Origin: Spirochaetia bacterium
Lineage (GTDB): Bacteria > Spirochaetota > Spirochaetia > SZUA-6 > Bin103
DNA length: 64,000 nucleotides
Assembly: GCA_965203905.1 (NCBI GenBank)
Contig: CBDBDQ010000005.1
Coordinates: forward strand, 1,888,001 to 1,952,000
Reading direction: 5' to 3'
The notes under the pieces were generated by a model, which saw only the letters and a program-made list of their open reading frames with translations, ran no database searches and was not told the origin of the DNA. The stretch's first letter is position 1, and each line of letters opens with the position of its first letter. The position numbers and the translations under genes are program-made. This document shows positions 11,004 through 22,800 of this stretch, piece after piece.

Positions 11004-11225
11004 ATGATCGGACCGAACGAGGAGAAGCGTCCAGGTGACGTGATCGCCAACGCGGTGCACGTCGCGAAGATCGCCACCGGCGAGATCGAGAAAGAGTACG
11101 TTGACCAAGCGAAGCGCGCCGGCGCTCGCAAGGGCGGAAACGCCAGGACCAACAGCCTGACGCCGGAGCAGCGGCATGAGATAGCGAAGAAGGCCGCAGC
11201 CGCCCGGTGGCGCGACCGCACCTGA
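11004..11225 (+). CDS. Small basic KGG-motif protein, IS/phage-associated
   Basis: KRPGDVIANAVHVAKIATGE...RKGGNARTNSLTPEQRHEIAKKAAAARW. Confidence 0.75.
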   Translation: MIGPNEEKRPGDVIANAVHVAKIATGEIEKEYVDQAKRAGARKGGNARTNSLTPEQRHEIAKKAAAARWRDRT

Positions 11226-12607
11226 TGCCAACGCCCAATTGGGCGAACCAGACGATATGGACCGGCGACAACCTGCTGATCATGCGCGGCATGAACTCGG
11301 CGTGCGTGGACCTGATCTACTTGGACCCGCCGTTCAACTCCAAGGCGAACTACGCGGCGCCCATCGGCTCCAAGGCGGCCGGTGCCGAGTTCAAGGACAC
11401 ATGGACGCTGCGCGACGTGGACGCCGAGTGGATCAACCTCATCGAGGCCAAGCACCCGGCACTGCACCGCGTCCTACTAGCCGCCATGACAAAGAGCGAC
11501 AAGTCGTACTTGGTCTACATGGCAGTAAGGCTGCTGGAGATGCATCGCATCCTAAAGCCAACGGGCAGCATCTACCTGCACTGCGACCCGACCATGAGCC
11601 ACTACCTGAAAGTGCTCATGGACGCAATCTTCGGGCGCGCGCAGTTCCGAAACGAGGTTATCTGGAAACGTCGGCATGGATCGGCAAGTCATGTCCACGG
11701 CGGCAAGCGGTTCGGGGTCAACAACGACAGCATTCTGTTTTACGTGGCGTCAGAACAAGCAGCATTCAGCCCTCAGTACACTTTTGACGACCCGGAATAC
11801 CAGGAATATATCGACAAGTTCTTCACAAAGACGACGGACGACGGGAGGCGCTATGCGACCGACAATTTGGCCAATCCGGCCTCGCGTCCGAATCTCATGT
11901 ACGACTACAAGGGCTATCCGCACCCGAAGAACGGATGGGCCATATCGCGCGAAAAAATGGAGGCTTGGGAAGCCGAAGGCCGGTTAGAGTTTCCCAACAG
12001 CCCAGGTGGCCGTATCCGTAGGCGCCGCTTTCTCGACGAACTCCGGGGCAAGCCCGTACAGTCAGTGTGGGTGGATATCAAGGGGATCGGGGCACACGCC
12101 ACCGAAAGGCTCGGATACCCTACTCAAAAGCCGCTGGCTTTACTGCGGCGCTTAATCAGTGCCAGTAGCGATCTGGGTGACGTGGTGTTGGACCCGTTCT
12201 GTGGGTGTGCTACTGCCTGTATAGCGGCCGAGGAGCTCGGCCGGGACTGGGTTGGTATCGACATTAGCCCGAAAGCCGCCCAACTGGTACAGCGGCGCAT
12301 GCGCGACGAGCTGGGTATGTTCTACCAGGGCGCGCACCGCACGGACATCCCCTCGCGCACCGACCTAGGCAAGCTCGCTCCGTACCGATCTCACGCCAAG
12401 ATGCTCTACGGTGAGCAATCCGGGAACTGCGCTGGGTGCGGTGAGCACTTCGAGGCGCGACACCTGGAAGTGGACCACATCATCAGTCGGCGCAAGGGCG
12501 GCACCGACCATATCGACAACCTTCAGCTACTATGCGGCTCCTGCAACCGGATCAAGGGGCACCGCGGCATGGAGTACCTGCGCGTCAAACTGCAACTTGC
12601 CGGTTGA
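11225..12607 (+). CDS. DNA adenine methyltransferase fused to a C-terminal HNH endonuclease
   Basis: IYLDPPFN, YPTQKP, VLDPFCGCAT; C-terminal CAGC...EVDHIISRRKGGTDHIDNLQLLCGSCN. Confidence 0.92.
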   Translation: MPTPNWANQTIWTGDNLLIMRGMNSACVDLIYLDPPFNSKANYAAPIGSKAAGAEFKDTWTLRDVDAEWINLIEAKHPALHRVLLAAMTKSDKSYLVYMAVRLLEMHRILKPTGSIYLHCDPTMSHYLKVLMDAIFGRAQFRNEVIWKRRHGSASHVHGGKRFGVNNDSILFYVASEQAAFSPQYTFDDPEYQEYIDKFFTKTTDDGRRYATDNLANPASRPNLMYDYKGYPHPKNGWAISREKMEAWEAEGRLEFPNSPGGRIRRRRFLDELRGKPVQSVWVDIKGIGAHATERLGYPTQKPLALLRRLISASSDLGDVVLDPFCGCATACIAAEELGRDWVGIDISPKAAQLVQRRMRDELGMFYQGAHRTDIPSRTDLGKLAPYRSHAKMLYGEQSGNCAGCGEHFEARHLEVDHIISRRKGGTDHIDNLQLLCGSCNRIKGHRGMEYLRVKLQLAG

Positions 12608-12875
12608 CGCGCAGGTCGCAGTCTTCGATGCGGCGAGCTTGTTTGCCCTTCTGGAGCGGAGCGCCGCACTGGCTTCTGCTTCCCACGTCCCCCCTACAGA
12701 CACACTCTTCGTTTCTACTGCCACGATGGAATCAAGGGAGTTGGCCGAGGCGGCGGCACTGAACGGAAAGCCGACGACCAACGGCCTCTGGGTTCTCCGG
12801 CGAAACCTGTACGGCCGTTAGTGGTTTCTTTGGTGTCGGCAGATCAGAATCTTCGATGAACGACAAATGAGGCGG

Positions 12876-13373
12876 CTATTGGATTAGGTTTGTCCTGTCT
12901 CTATACAGGACAAGATCGAGTGCCCCTGTGGAAACCTTGGCGCTTCCAAGCTGATTCCTCATGCTCACGATTAGTTCCCGGAATAGGATCATTCCGTCTC
13001 TAGTGAAGAGGTACGGAATCTCTCCGTCATACTGCCCGATTCCTTCCTCGAAGGTTCCCAGACTACTCACGACATCTTTGTCCGCGAACGCAGCAATCTG
13101 CGGTATGGCCGGAAGTCTTTTTTTAGGATCGTCGGAGACGGCAGTCAAGTACGCTTGAAACGCTGTCGCCGCCATCTCAATACGTTTCTCCTGAACGATC
13201 TGTCTGCTCACGAACAGGTTGGTAACAACGGTTCCGATAAGCGCACCCAATAGAGCAGAGACAAGCGGTGGCCACCAAGGCGCCGCAGCCACACTCACGT
13301 ATTCCGTCCTAGCCAAGACTGAAACCAAACCGTAGTGAGCAAGCTCGTCATGACGATACACATACACCGACAC
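12876..13373 (-). CDS. Hypothetical protein with an N-terminal membrane anchor
   Basis: Low-GC ORF with hydrophobic segment LVSALLGALIGTVVTNLF. Confidence 0.6.
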   Translation of the reverse strand: MSVYVYRHDELAHYGLVSVLARTEYVSVAAAPWWPPLVSALLGALIGTVVTNLFVSRQIVQEKRIEMAATAFQAYLTAVSDDPKKRLPAIPQIAAFADKDVVSSLGTFEEGIGQYDGEIPYLFTRDGMILFRELIVSMRNQLGSAKVSTGALDLVLYRDRTNLIQ

Positions 13374-13899
13374 CTCATTACTGGACCTCCTGTCAGTGGG
13401 TCACCTAATCCGGGAGCGGGAAAGCCAGCATCTCGCACGACTGCCGAGAGACCCTGTATCTGAATCGCTCAGAGCCGCAATTTCGCGGTGCGTCACACCG
13501 CGTGGTGCGGTGCCCGTTGGTGTGCGCTCATGCGTGGGCGCAACGCGGCGCGTTCGCGCGGGGTGCGGCCAAGCCGCGGCCAGCACTTCTCCCCCGCCAC
13601 GTTCTACCGCCTCAATCATACGGAAAGGAGAATTCTGTGAGTGCCCTCAAAGAGGGACCTTCGTTTGGTCGGCCAGTCTGATTCTGAGTCCGCTGATCGC
13701 GACACATTTACGTTCATATCAAACTCCTGCGTAAATGTCAACCTTCCCTACAATTCTTTACAACAAAACGAATAAAGCGTCCATAACAAACCGCCCACAA
13801 AATGTCAACATGTCGCTCGCACTGTCGCTTCATATATACATGTATATATGACCGTGCTGTCTCGCCGTAAAGCCCCAGGGAGTAACAATTTACTGGATT

Positions 13900-14000
13900 T
13901 CGTTCAGAAAGAGCTACAATTCCCGATGAACTTGGCTCACGTGGCAGACCGCCCGTTTGTTCTGACCGAGCACGGCGCGCTGTTGGTACGAAATAACGAC
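13900..14000 (+). pseudogene. ORF6N-like DNA-binding domain remnant
   Basis: RPFVLTEHGALL resembles the PYAFTEHG motif. Confidence 0.35.
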
Positions 14001-14322
14001 GGCGTGTACCGTCCAACCTCTGGTTGTATTCGACCCCGCCGGGAGTGGGCGATGGATCGACGTGGTTATGCGGGTATCCGGGACGTACGACCTGTTGACC
14101 GCGTGGTGATTGGCCCGCCGCAGTAGGCGAAGGCCGATCACCGACAAGTGGACCCTTACCGCCGAGGATAGCGTCGCCGCAAGTGAAGCCCGTATCCACC
14201 AGCAAGACCGGATTGGCCGGCCGCATCGTCAGGCCGGCCGGAGCCGAGAGCGACAGAAACCGCCTTAACGGAAGTGAGTGGCTGGGCAGCGCGCCCATCG
14301 TCCGTGCCTCCTTGCGGGCGGG

Positions 14323-14916
14323 CTACCTGGGTAGGGCGTCACGACGATGCCGGGCGGTAGGCGGTGCCGTCGGACGGGTGTCGTTGAGCCAGGGCCAGCC
14401 CCCACCCTTGACCAGCCAAGCAAAGGCGAAGGGCAAAATCGTAAGCACCTCGGAGATGGTCACCGCACAAGCAACCCATCGCTCCGCGTGTTCGCGCTGC
14501 CAACTGAGGACAATTGATGCGAGTAGCCCCCGGACCATGATCCACAAGCATACTTTGTAGACTCTGTTGCGTGTTTGCTTCTTTCCCACACGCTCGCTTC
14601 CCTGCTGAAACTGGCAGGTGAAGTAACACATGAGCGCCATCGTTACCACGGCGCTGACGGCGTGAATCCCGTTGAGTAATGAAAAAGAGTCGTCACTGTG
14701 TTCGCGCGGGGGAAACATCCCTACGCAGATCGCCGCGACGCCCGCCAGACTGCTGATCCAATCCTCGTGTCGGGCCTCGGGGTATCCTTTGTACGCCACT
14801 AGTCCGAGGCCGATGGCGACCATGAATCCTGCGAACAGCAGGGCCAGCGGCGTGTGGTAGTAAGAGCTGAGTGCGTAGGGTATCGGCACTCTGAAGCGCC
14901 ACATCCCTACGCTCAT
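14323..14916 (-). CDS. Multi-pass membrane protein (DUF998-like), possibly 5'-truncated
   Basis: LSSYYHT, LVAYKGY, VGMFP, IHAVSA, FAWLVKG and about 5 hydrophobic helices. Confidence 0.6.
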   Translation of the reverse strand: MSVGMWRFRVPIPYALSSYYHTPLALLFAGFMVAIGLGLVAYKGYPEARHEDWISSLAGVAAICVGMFPPREHSDDSFSLLNGIHAVSAVVTMALMCYFTCQFQQGSERVGKKQTRNRVYKVCLWIMVRGLLASIVLSWQREHAERWVACAVTISEVLTILPFAFAWLVKGGGWPWLNDTRPTAPPTARHRRDALPR

Positions 14917-15171
14917 CCGGTTCTCCCGGTCGGCCGGCGGGGTCTAAGTGTGGTGGGCCGACCGCACCGTTTCATTGGGGACCTCTTCATTGGGGACCTC
15001 ACCGGAAAAGGGCCAAAGAGTCAATTGACCGCCCACCCGGCAGTCCGAGGATGCAAACTCTTACGGAGCCACGACTTACAGATAACGCATCTTCATGTCA
15101 CGGACGTAAACCTACTCCGACAGATTGACATTTTCGGCTCTGCGTGATAGAGCCTCGCCAAGAGAAACACA

Positions 15172-16151
15172 ATGAGCCCCAACAATCGAAGCTCCAAGGG
15201 ACCCGGCCGGGCATACCGGAAGGGCATCTCGTTGATTGAGCTCGCCAGGATGTTCCCGGACGATGCGGCCGCGGAACGCTGGTTCAGCAAGGGCCGTTGG
15301 CCTGACGGCCCCCGCTGCCCCCACTGCCACAAGACCGAGACGGTCAAGCGGCGCACCCACCCCAGCATGCCGTACCACTGCAGCAAGTGCCGGCGGTTCT
15401 TCAGCGTGAAGGTCGGGACCGTCATGGAGAACAGCAACCTCGGGCTCCAGAAGTGGGCGTTCGCGGTGTACCTGATGGCGACGAACCTGAAGGGCACGAG
15501 CAGCATGCACCTCCACCGGGATCTGGGGATCACCCAGAAGTCCGCCTGGTTCATGGCGATGAGGATCCGTGCCTGCTGGGAGCAGGGGCGCTCGCTGTTC
15601 GATGGACCGGTCGAGGTGGACGAGGCGTGGTTCGGTGGCCGGGAGGCCAACAGCACGCCAGCAAGCGCCTCGGATCGGACTGGCGTACCGGCAAGACCGT
15701 CGTGGCCGCCGCCCGCGATCAGGCGACCGGGCAGATCACCGCCAAGGTGGTGCCGGACACGCCCCCGTGGGTACTGCAGAACTTCGTGATGGACACGGCC
15801 GAGACGACCGCCGAGGTATTCACGGACGACAACCCCAGCTACAAGCGGCTCATGTACCTGCATCGTACGGTACGGCACAGCGTCGGGGAGTACGTGAATG
15901 AGCAGGCGCACGTCAACGGCGTGGAGTCGTTCTGGTCGATGCTCAAGCGGGGCTACTACGGCACGCATCACCGGATGAGCCCGGCGCACCTACAGCGTTA
16001 CGTGGACGAGTTCGCGGGCCGGCACAACCAGCGTGATGCGGACACCGAGGTCCAGATGCTCGGCATGGTGCTGGGGATGGTGGGGAAGCGGCTCCGCTAC
16101 CGTGACGTCGCCGTCGGAAAGGCCGCTGGCAACATTCGGGCGGCTCAGTAG
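15172..16151 (+). pseudogene. IS1595-family transposase, frameshifted near 15650
   Basis: Zn ribbon CPHC..CSKC, VEVDEAWFGG, FTDD, HSVGEYV, HVNGVESFWSMLKR, YVDEFAGRHN split over two frames. Confidence 0.92.
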
Positions 16152-16157
16152 CGATCG

Positions 16158-16481
16158 ATGCTCGACACTCTACTTGTTGGCTTCCAAGCGATTATTACGA
16201 TGATCTTCATCGGGATATTCATCCTCCTGGCTTTCCCGAGTGCAGCCGTAGCCGTTTGGATTCTCAACCTTTTCTCGTTCGTGATCCCCACCATCATGGG
16301 GATGATGACCATAGGGGTCGAGGACGAGATGCTCAGCGCAGCTATCTTCGGAGCAACCTTCCCTCTCACCTTATTCCTGTGGATCTCCGCCGTCGTGGCG
16401 ACCCGCAACAAGCATCAGGCTGATCTCCGCCGAGAAAGACACAGGGCTCAGGCCGAGGCGCTGACAAGATTATCGTCATGA
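16158..16481 (+). CDS. Small membrane protein
   Basis: Three hydrophobic segments. Confidence 0.6.
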   Translation: MLDTLLVGFQAIITMIFIGIFILLAFPSAAVAVWILNLFSFVIPTIMGMMTIGVEDEMLSAAIFGATFPLTLFLWISAVVATRNKHQADLRRERHRAQAEALTRLSS

Positions 16482-16755
16482 GCGAAAGTGTCAAGCTGAT
16501 TGACAAATATCGCACCCTCCTGTTAGGCTAATCCCTGGAACCGATCAGACCGCACTGGTGTCCCCGCATGTCGGGTCACCCGCGCGGAATACAACAGCCC
16601 CTCGTGTGCGGTACGGGAGTAGCTACCCAGACCCGCCGGGTGAATACGTGCGGTACGCACCAACCCTAAGGGACACCTATCGGTCGGGCAGATTCAAGAC
16701 GGCCCGGCTCCTTGCCGGGCACAACGGCTGAACGATCGGACGGTCCAACCACCTG

Positions 16756-17067
16756 TTGATCTTCCGCCTACATGAGGACGAGGAACTGCTGGACTACATC
16801 GTGGGGATGCGTCCCGAGGACAACCGTAGTACCGTCCTGATGGCGACCAACGAGCGGCTCTTCCGGTTCACCAAGAAGTTCCTGGGGGACGAGGTTGAGG
16901 AGTTCCCCTACGGGAACATCACGTCGATCGTGCTGGACCGGAAGGCCCTGACGGGCTACACCGTCACGGTGGTGGCGGCCGGCATCGCGGTCCAGATCAA
17001 GATGGTTCAGCCGAGCGATGAGCCGGAGGATATGGTGAGGGAGGTGCGGCGACGTATAGCCGCGTAG
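16756..17067 (+). CDS. Bacterial PH-domain protein (start uncertain)
   Basis: LMATNERLFRFTKKFLG..VEEFPYGNITSI pattern. Confidence 0.7.
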   Translation: MIFRLHEDEELLDYIVGMRPEDNRSTVLMATNERLFRFTKKFLGDEVEEFPYGNITSIVLDRKALTGYTVTVVAAGIAVQIKMVQPSDEPEDMVREVRRRIAA

Positions 17068-17129
17068 ACTGATGATTGACTTGACAACCACATACGGTCC
17101 ACATAATAGTGGGTCCTGTCGTGAAACCG

Positions 17130-17558
17130 ATGTTCGTTCGTAAGAAGTTGAGCCTCGTGCTCCTCTTGGTGTTCGTCGGCATGGCCACCGGGTTCGCCCA
17201 AAAGCTTTCCCTCGAATCGGAGATGGCTCGATTCTACGGGGAGGTGTGGCAGAGTCACGTCGTGGGTATGATGGAGGTTCTGATCCTTCTGGACGGCTCG
17301 TACATATACATGAATGAGCCTCCGCAGTATTCACAACAGGACGGCCAATCTGTCCGTCCCCATGTGGAACAGGGGACGTGGAGCTTAGAGGTCTTTGTGG
17401 AGATCACACAGCCGTCCGTCGTCAGGTTCTACACGCTCCACTTCGTACCCGAGGCTGATGGGGAGAAATGGTCACGGGCGGCTAAAGCCGATAGGGGAAC
17501 CCTCTGTCTCGGTATAACCGGTGGTAGATGTCTTCGGATGGTTGCCCAGATTCCGTAG
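17130..17558 (+). CDS. Secreted hypothetical protein, possibly lipocalin-like
   Basis: Signal peptide; DGSYIY...EQGTWSL. Confidence 0.55.
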   Translation: MFVRKKLSLVLLLVFVGMATGFAQKLSLESEMARFYGEVWQSHVVGMMEVLILLDGSYIYMNEPPQYSQQDGQSVRPHVEQGTWSLEVFVEITQPSVVRFYTLHFVPEADGEKWSRAAKADRGTLCLGITGGRCLRMVAQIP

Positions 17559-17887
17559 ATCAGGTCGTCAAGATTCTTGTTTCGTCCGAGTCTGATAGGT
17601 CGATTTTGAAATTACGGCCTTGGCTCCCGCTACCCGTCCTGATACGCTTGGTGACATGCCATGCCGGAGCAGGACTGCCCGGATCGCGAACAGGTCATCC
17701 AGATGCTACGGAAGGGCCGGTCGGGGCCGGGGCTGCAGGTCAAGCGTGCGCGTAGCTAGGTTCCATCGGGCCGCTTGGTCGGTGTAGACTCGGGACCATG
17801 CGCCCCAGATTTTTCCTCGAGGCCGAGACGTCCGCCATTCTCTGCACCTTCCTGGCGTGGTCCCCCATTATTCTTTACATGCCTTAA

Positions 17888-18169
17888 CTAGTCGGTCTCC
17901 CTACGGTAGTGCGTCAGCCGAGTCATCCGGTACACGAGGCGGTCCAGGGCGGCGCATCCTTTGGGGGTGATGCGGTACTCGCCCTGCTGCTCCAGATGTT
18001 CCACCAGACCCTCCTGCTTCAGCTTGTCCGTTATACCATAGGTAGCTGCTAAGCTGTAGCCAGTTTGTCGCATGCGGGCCATCACTTCCGTGGGTCCAGC
18101 TGGCTTTCGGTCCGAGAGCGCCTGCAGAAAACCCCAGTAGTTGGCTTCCAACTGTACCGAACTACTCAT
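17888..18169 (-). CDS. Winged-helix (PadR/MarR-like) DNA-binding protein
   Basis: TYGITDKLKQEGLV..YRITPKG. Confidence 0.7.
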   Translation of the reverse strand: MSSSVQLEANYWGFLQALSDRKPAGPTEVMARMRQTGYSLAATYGITDKLKQEGLVEHLEQQGEYRITPKGCAALDRLVYRMTRLTHYRRETD

Positions 18170-18285
18170 GCGGAATCCGTATCACGAACAGACGATTACG
18201 TCAATTCCATGATAGGGTACGGGCCGCAAATCACCCAGCAGTAAGTACTTGTCACTTTTCGCGGGACCCGATATGCTTTGTCGGT

Positions 18286-18492
18286 ATGTCAGGAGAACCA
18301 GAACGGAAGCCACGCGGCCGGCACCGCAAGCACCGCTGGCCGGAGCCGATCGACGCTGATCCGGAGGACATCATGCGGGCGTTGGTCCGGACGCCCCGGA
18401 AGCTGGTAGAGCGGGAGCTGGATAACCAAGACGTGATTCGCGACACGGAATTGGATGACCAGCAGGACGAGGGCACCAGCAACCCTCCCTAA
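18286..18492 (+). CDS. Small IS1595-associated hypothetical protein
   Basis: RGRHRK..PEPIDADPEDIMRALVRTP. Confidence 0.55.
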   Translation: MSGEPERKPRGRHRKHRWPEPIDADPEDIMRALVRTPRKLVERELDNQDVIRDTELDDQQDEGTSNPP

Positions 18493-18612
18493 GCGCTCAA
18501 TTTCGTCCTTCGCTGTTTACGACCATATATAATTTCCCGTCGATTCGGCGATTCGGCCAGGTTGCGCCCGGTCAGAGAGTCTTGAAGTACTCAGTCTGAT
18601 AGAGTACGACCC

Positions 18613-19859
18613 GTGCATCGCTTTAACTTCCTGAGACTGGCCGCCGTCCTGGTAACGGCTGCCGTGGCTTTCGTCGCCTGCGCCCACGGTCCAGGTACTC
18701 TTGAACTGCGAGGGCCTGAAGAACCATCTGGGCCCGCGGGCCCGCCTGACACCGCCCCAGCCTTCGCCGTCACGGTAGCCGATCAGACCTTCACAGAGGG
18801 CGAGCCAATCAGCCCGCTGACGCTACCCGAGGCCAGCGGCGGCAATGGACCCTTGTCTTATCCCTGGCGCCCACGGTTCCGGGCCTGACGTTCGCCGCGG
18901 CCACGCGCACGCTGAGCGGGACGCCCACCATGGCCGGAAGCTATAACGTCGAGTACAGGGTAGAGGATGGCGACGCCAACACGGCTGCCAGCGACGCTGC
19001 GACGCTTACCTTCACGGTCACGGTGGAGGAAGCGCCAGAGCCCGATACCGCGCCCAGCTTTGGCAGCCAGACGGTGCCGAACCAGAGCTACACGGTAGGC
19101 GTGGCGATCGGCGCCCTAGTGCTGCCCCAGGCCACCGGCGGCAACGGATCCCTGAGCTACTCTCTGACGCCCTCGGTTCCGGGGCTCACGTTCGACCAGA
19201 ACAGCCGCACGCTGACTGGCACGCCGACCACCGCCGGGACCCATCTCGTCCAATACCGAGTAGAGGATGGAGACAGCAACACGGCCGCCAGCGACGCTGC
19301 GACGCTCACCTTCACGATCACAGTGCAGGAACCGCCCACGCCATACGTGGGCTGCTCGTCAGACGCGGAGACGTGGCGCGGGTTGAGGGTCTGCAGCGAA
19401 CGTTCGCGGGAAGGGTACGACCGCGACGACTACGGGACCGGCTACAGGAGTCTGGAGGACGAGATCATCGCGGCGTTGCCGGCAACCATGAAGGCTGACG
19501 GCAAGGTCTACACGCCCTACTCCTGCATCGCGTTCGACATCACGTCGAGCGGGACCGCCGCCACCGACATTGAGCATGTCGTCGCGCTGGCGGAGGCGCA
19601 CGACAGCGGGATCGCTGACGATCAGCGCCGAGACATCGCCAGCGACCTCGACAACCTCACAATCGCGGATCCGACCGTGAACCGCTCGCAGAAAGGCGCG
19701 CGGGACGCCGCCGAGTGGATGCCGACCCACCACGGCGCATGGTTCGCCGAGCGGGTCATCCAGGTGAAGTTGGAATATGGGTTGACGGTCGACCCGGATG
19801 AGCGGGACGCGCTGGCGGCACTACTCGCGGGCGGAGGAGCGCAGACTGATGGCTATTGA
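18613..19859 (+). CDS. Lipoprotein with two putative-Ig repeats and a C-terminal DUF1524/HNH-type nuclease; frameshift near 18865
   Basis: Lipobox FVAC; two LP.A.GGNG.LSY...RTL.GTPT repeats; DIEHVVALAEAH...NL...VNRSQKG..DAAEW. Confidence 0.75.
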
Positions 19860-22800
19860 CTACGCCGCGGTCGCAAACGACCAAGCGCGGCTCAAAAGAA
19901 CCGCTACAAACAGCATCCGTACGCTCGCGCGTCTCTACGCTGATCGAGCACACTTTATATTTGAGTTATTGCAGAACGCTGAGGATGCACTCCGTCGGCG
20001 CCCCGCCGCTTGGAGCGGACCGCACACGGTGAAATTCCAGCTTTGCTCACAATCCCTCCGTGTCAGCCATTACGGCGAACCCTTCAATAATCGTGATGTG
20101 GAGAACATCTGCAGTGTCGGAGAAACAGAAAAGGAGCTTACTGACATCGGGAAGTTCGGTATTGGCTTCAAGTCGGTCTACGCGTTCACGGATCGTCCGA
20201 CGATTCATTCCGGGCCAGAGGACTTCGCCATAGAGGACTTTGTTCGACCCACTGCCGCCCCCCGCATCGACCGCGACCCAGGCGAGACAGCCATCATAAT
20301 ACCCGTTCCGGTGACGGACGAGTTGGCTCATCCCGAGATCGCTCGCGGACTTGGCAGCCTTGGCGCCTCGACACTACTATTCCTACGCGAGATCGAAGGG
20401 ATCCACTGGAACGTGGAGAGCGGTCGGTCGGGGCTCTACCTTCGGGATTCAAAGGAGATCACGCCCGGCGTTCGCGCCGTGACCGTGATGGGTAAGGAAG
20501 ACACGCAGCCGGAGCTTCATGAAGAGTGGCTAATCTTCTCGCGGGCCGTGACTACGAATGGCGGGCTGGCCGCCGGGCAGGTCGAGATTGCGTTCTCCTT
20601 GGTTAAGGACGACCAACTCCAGCTAGAGCGGATTGGACGCCTCAGGCGGTCCCCACTCGTCGTATTCTTTCCGACGGTACTTGAGACACATCTTGGCTTC
20701 CTTGTTCAAGGTCCGTACCGGACAACGCCGAGTCGCGATAACGTGCCGGACAAGGACGATTGGAATAGGCATCTCGTCGGCGAAACGGCTTTGCTCCTTC
20801 GGCAAGCCCTAAGGTGGCTGCGAGACAACGATTTCCTCGATACGAACGGGCTGGCGTGCCTCCCAATCGATTCGGCGATGTTCGGACAAGATAGCATGTT
20901 CGCGCCGCTCTACGACGCCACGAAGTCCGCACTTTCGTCGGAGTCCCTCCTTCCGCGTTTCGACGCTGGTCATGTGGCGGCCGCGCGCGCCCGGATCGGG
21001 CGCACACAGGAGCTACGCAACTTGCTCACGCCGGATCAACTCGCGGCTCTCTATGGGGAGAAACATCAGCTCGTCTGGCTGAGCGGAGACATCACGCAAG
21101 ACCGGACGCCGGAGCTCCGCCGCTACCTTATGCAGAGGCTGAACATTCCGGAACTCACGGCGGAGACCGTCATCCCGCAGCTCGGTCGAGAGTACCTCGA
21201 GAAACAATCGGACATCTGGATCGAGAGGCTTTATGAATTCTTGAGCGGTCAGCCCAGTTTGCGACAGCGGCTCGAAGACGCGCCATTGATCCGGCTGGAG
21301 AACGGCACTCACGTCCCGCCCCGCCTGGGTGGCCAGGCTCAGGCGTTCCTACCAAGTGAGGTCGCGACGGAGTTCCCGGTGGTGCGCAGTACTGTGTGTG
21401 CCAGCGAAAGGTCGCTCGAGTTCCTGCGTTCGCTAGGACTGTCCCAGCCTGATCCGGTCGACGACATCGTCCGAAACGTCTTGCCGCGGTATCGAGCGCA
21501 CGAGGCCGACGTGAACTACGCGGACTACGAAACCGACATCGGTCGAATCCTGAATGCCTTTGCCACCGACTCGAAGGGACAGCGGGAGAAACTGGAGGCT
21601 GCACTGCGAGAGTCGGTGTTCGTGATGACTGTTGACTCCGGCGATCGATCCAAAAGGGTCTCGAAGCCCGGGAAGGTCTATCTGTCAACGGAACGACTTA
21701 GAGAGTTGTTCGACGGCGTTGATCGTGTTTTTCTCGTCGACAGCGATTACCCCTGTCTCAGGGGCGACAGCATCCGCGAGCTTCTCGAATCCTGCGGCGC
21801 GACGCGGTCTCTGCGATCGGTCGCCGTCGCATGCGACTTGTCAGAGGAGTATCTGGCCGAGATCCGACGCAATGCAGGGCTTGAGCGATCCACATCGGAC
21901 AAAGCGATTACCGACTGGACCTTGCATGGCCTTGATGGGCTATTGAGATTGCTTCCGAACTTGGAACTAGTTGAGCGGAAACGAAGGGCAGCTCTGCTCT
22001 GGGAGGCACTCGTGGATCTCGAGAACCGTCGGGGCTCCAGAGCGTTCGTAGCCGAGTACTTGTGGAGTTACTCGCACGAAACGAAGACTGCCACGATCGA
22101 CGCCGCCTTCGTTAGACAACTCCTCAAAACGGAGTGGGTCCCCGATTCAGACGGTAACCTGCATGCCCCGGAGCTGGTCGCTTTCGCCACACTCGGCTGG
22201 AAGCGGAACCCGTTCCTCCTCTCCAAGATTCGCTTCAAGCCGCCGATCATTGATCAACTTGCGAAGGAAGCGGGCATCGAGCCCGGCGTCCTTGATCTCC
22301 TCAAGAAGTTGGGCGTCACCAGCGAAGCGAAACTGCGAGCTCGACTTGGTGTACCGAGGGACGACGACGCCACCGTGAGTGATTCAGAAAAAGACTTGCA
22401 GGATGTAGTCGAGAAGCTCGTTGGAACACCCAACACTACGCCGATAGTGTCGGACTCGGCCGACCAGGAACCAGTGAAGCGAGACAGCATCGGTGGTCGC
22501 GCCGGTTTCGGGGCTGGCGCAGGATCGGGCGATGAACGCAAGCCTGGTAGTCGCGCAAGTGGCGACGCAAGCACCCTTGACATAGACACGCACGCTCGGC
22601 CGACAGGAGGTAAGCGGCTACCGGGAAGCTCGGGTGGGCGACCGTTCGTCTCCTACGTTGGCGTGCACATGGAAGACGAGGTCCCCGATCCTGATGATCT
22701 CAACCAAGCGGCCCGGATGGCGCTTGAGGAGAGGGCCATCGAATTCATTTTATCGCACGAAACAGGATGGCAACGAACACCTCCTTACCACCCAGGCTTC

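Larger units (their letters stand above)
15090..18538 (+). mobile_element. IS1595-family element with passenger genes (boundaries approximate)
   Basis: Transposase, 4-5 unrelated ORFs, terminal PEPIDADPEDIMRAL ORF, then an end-like ATATATAATTTCCC. Confidence 0.5.
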
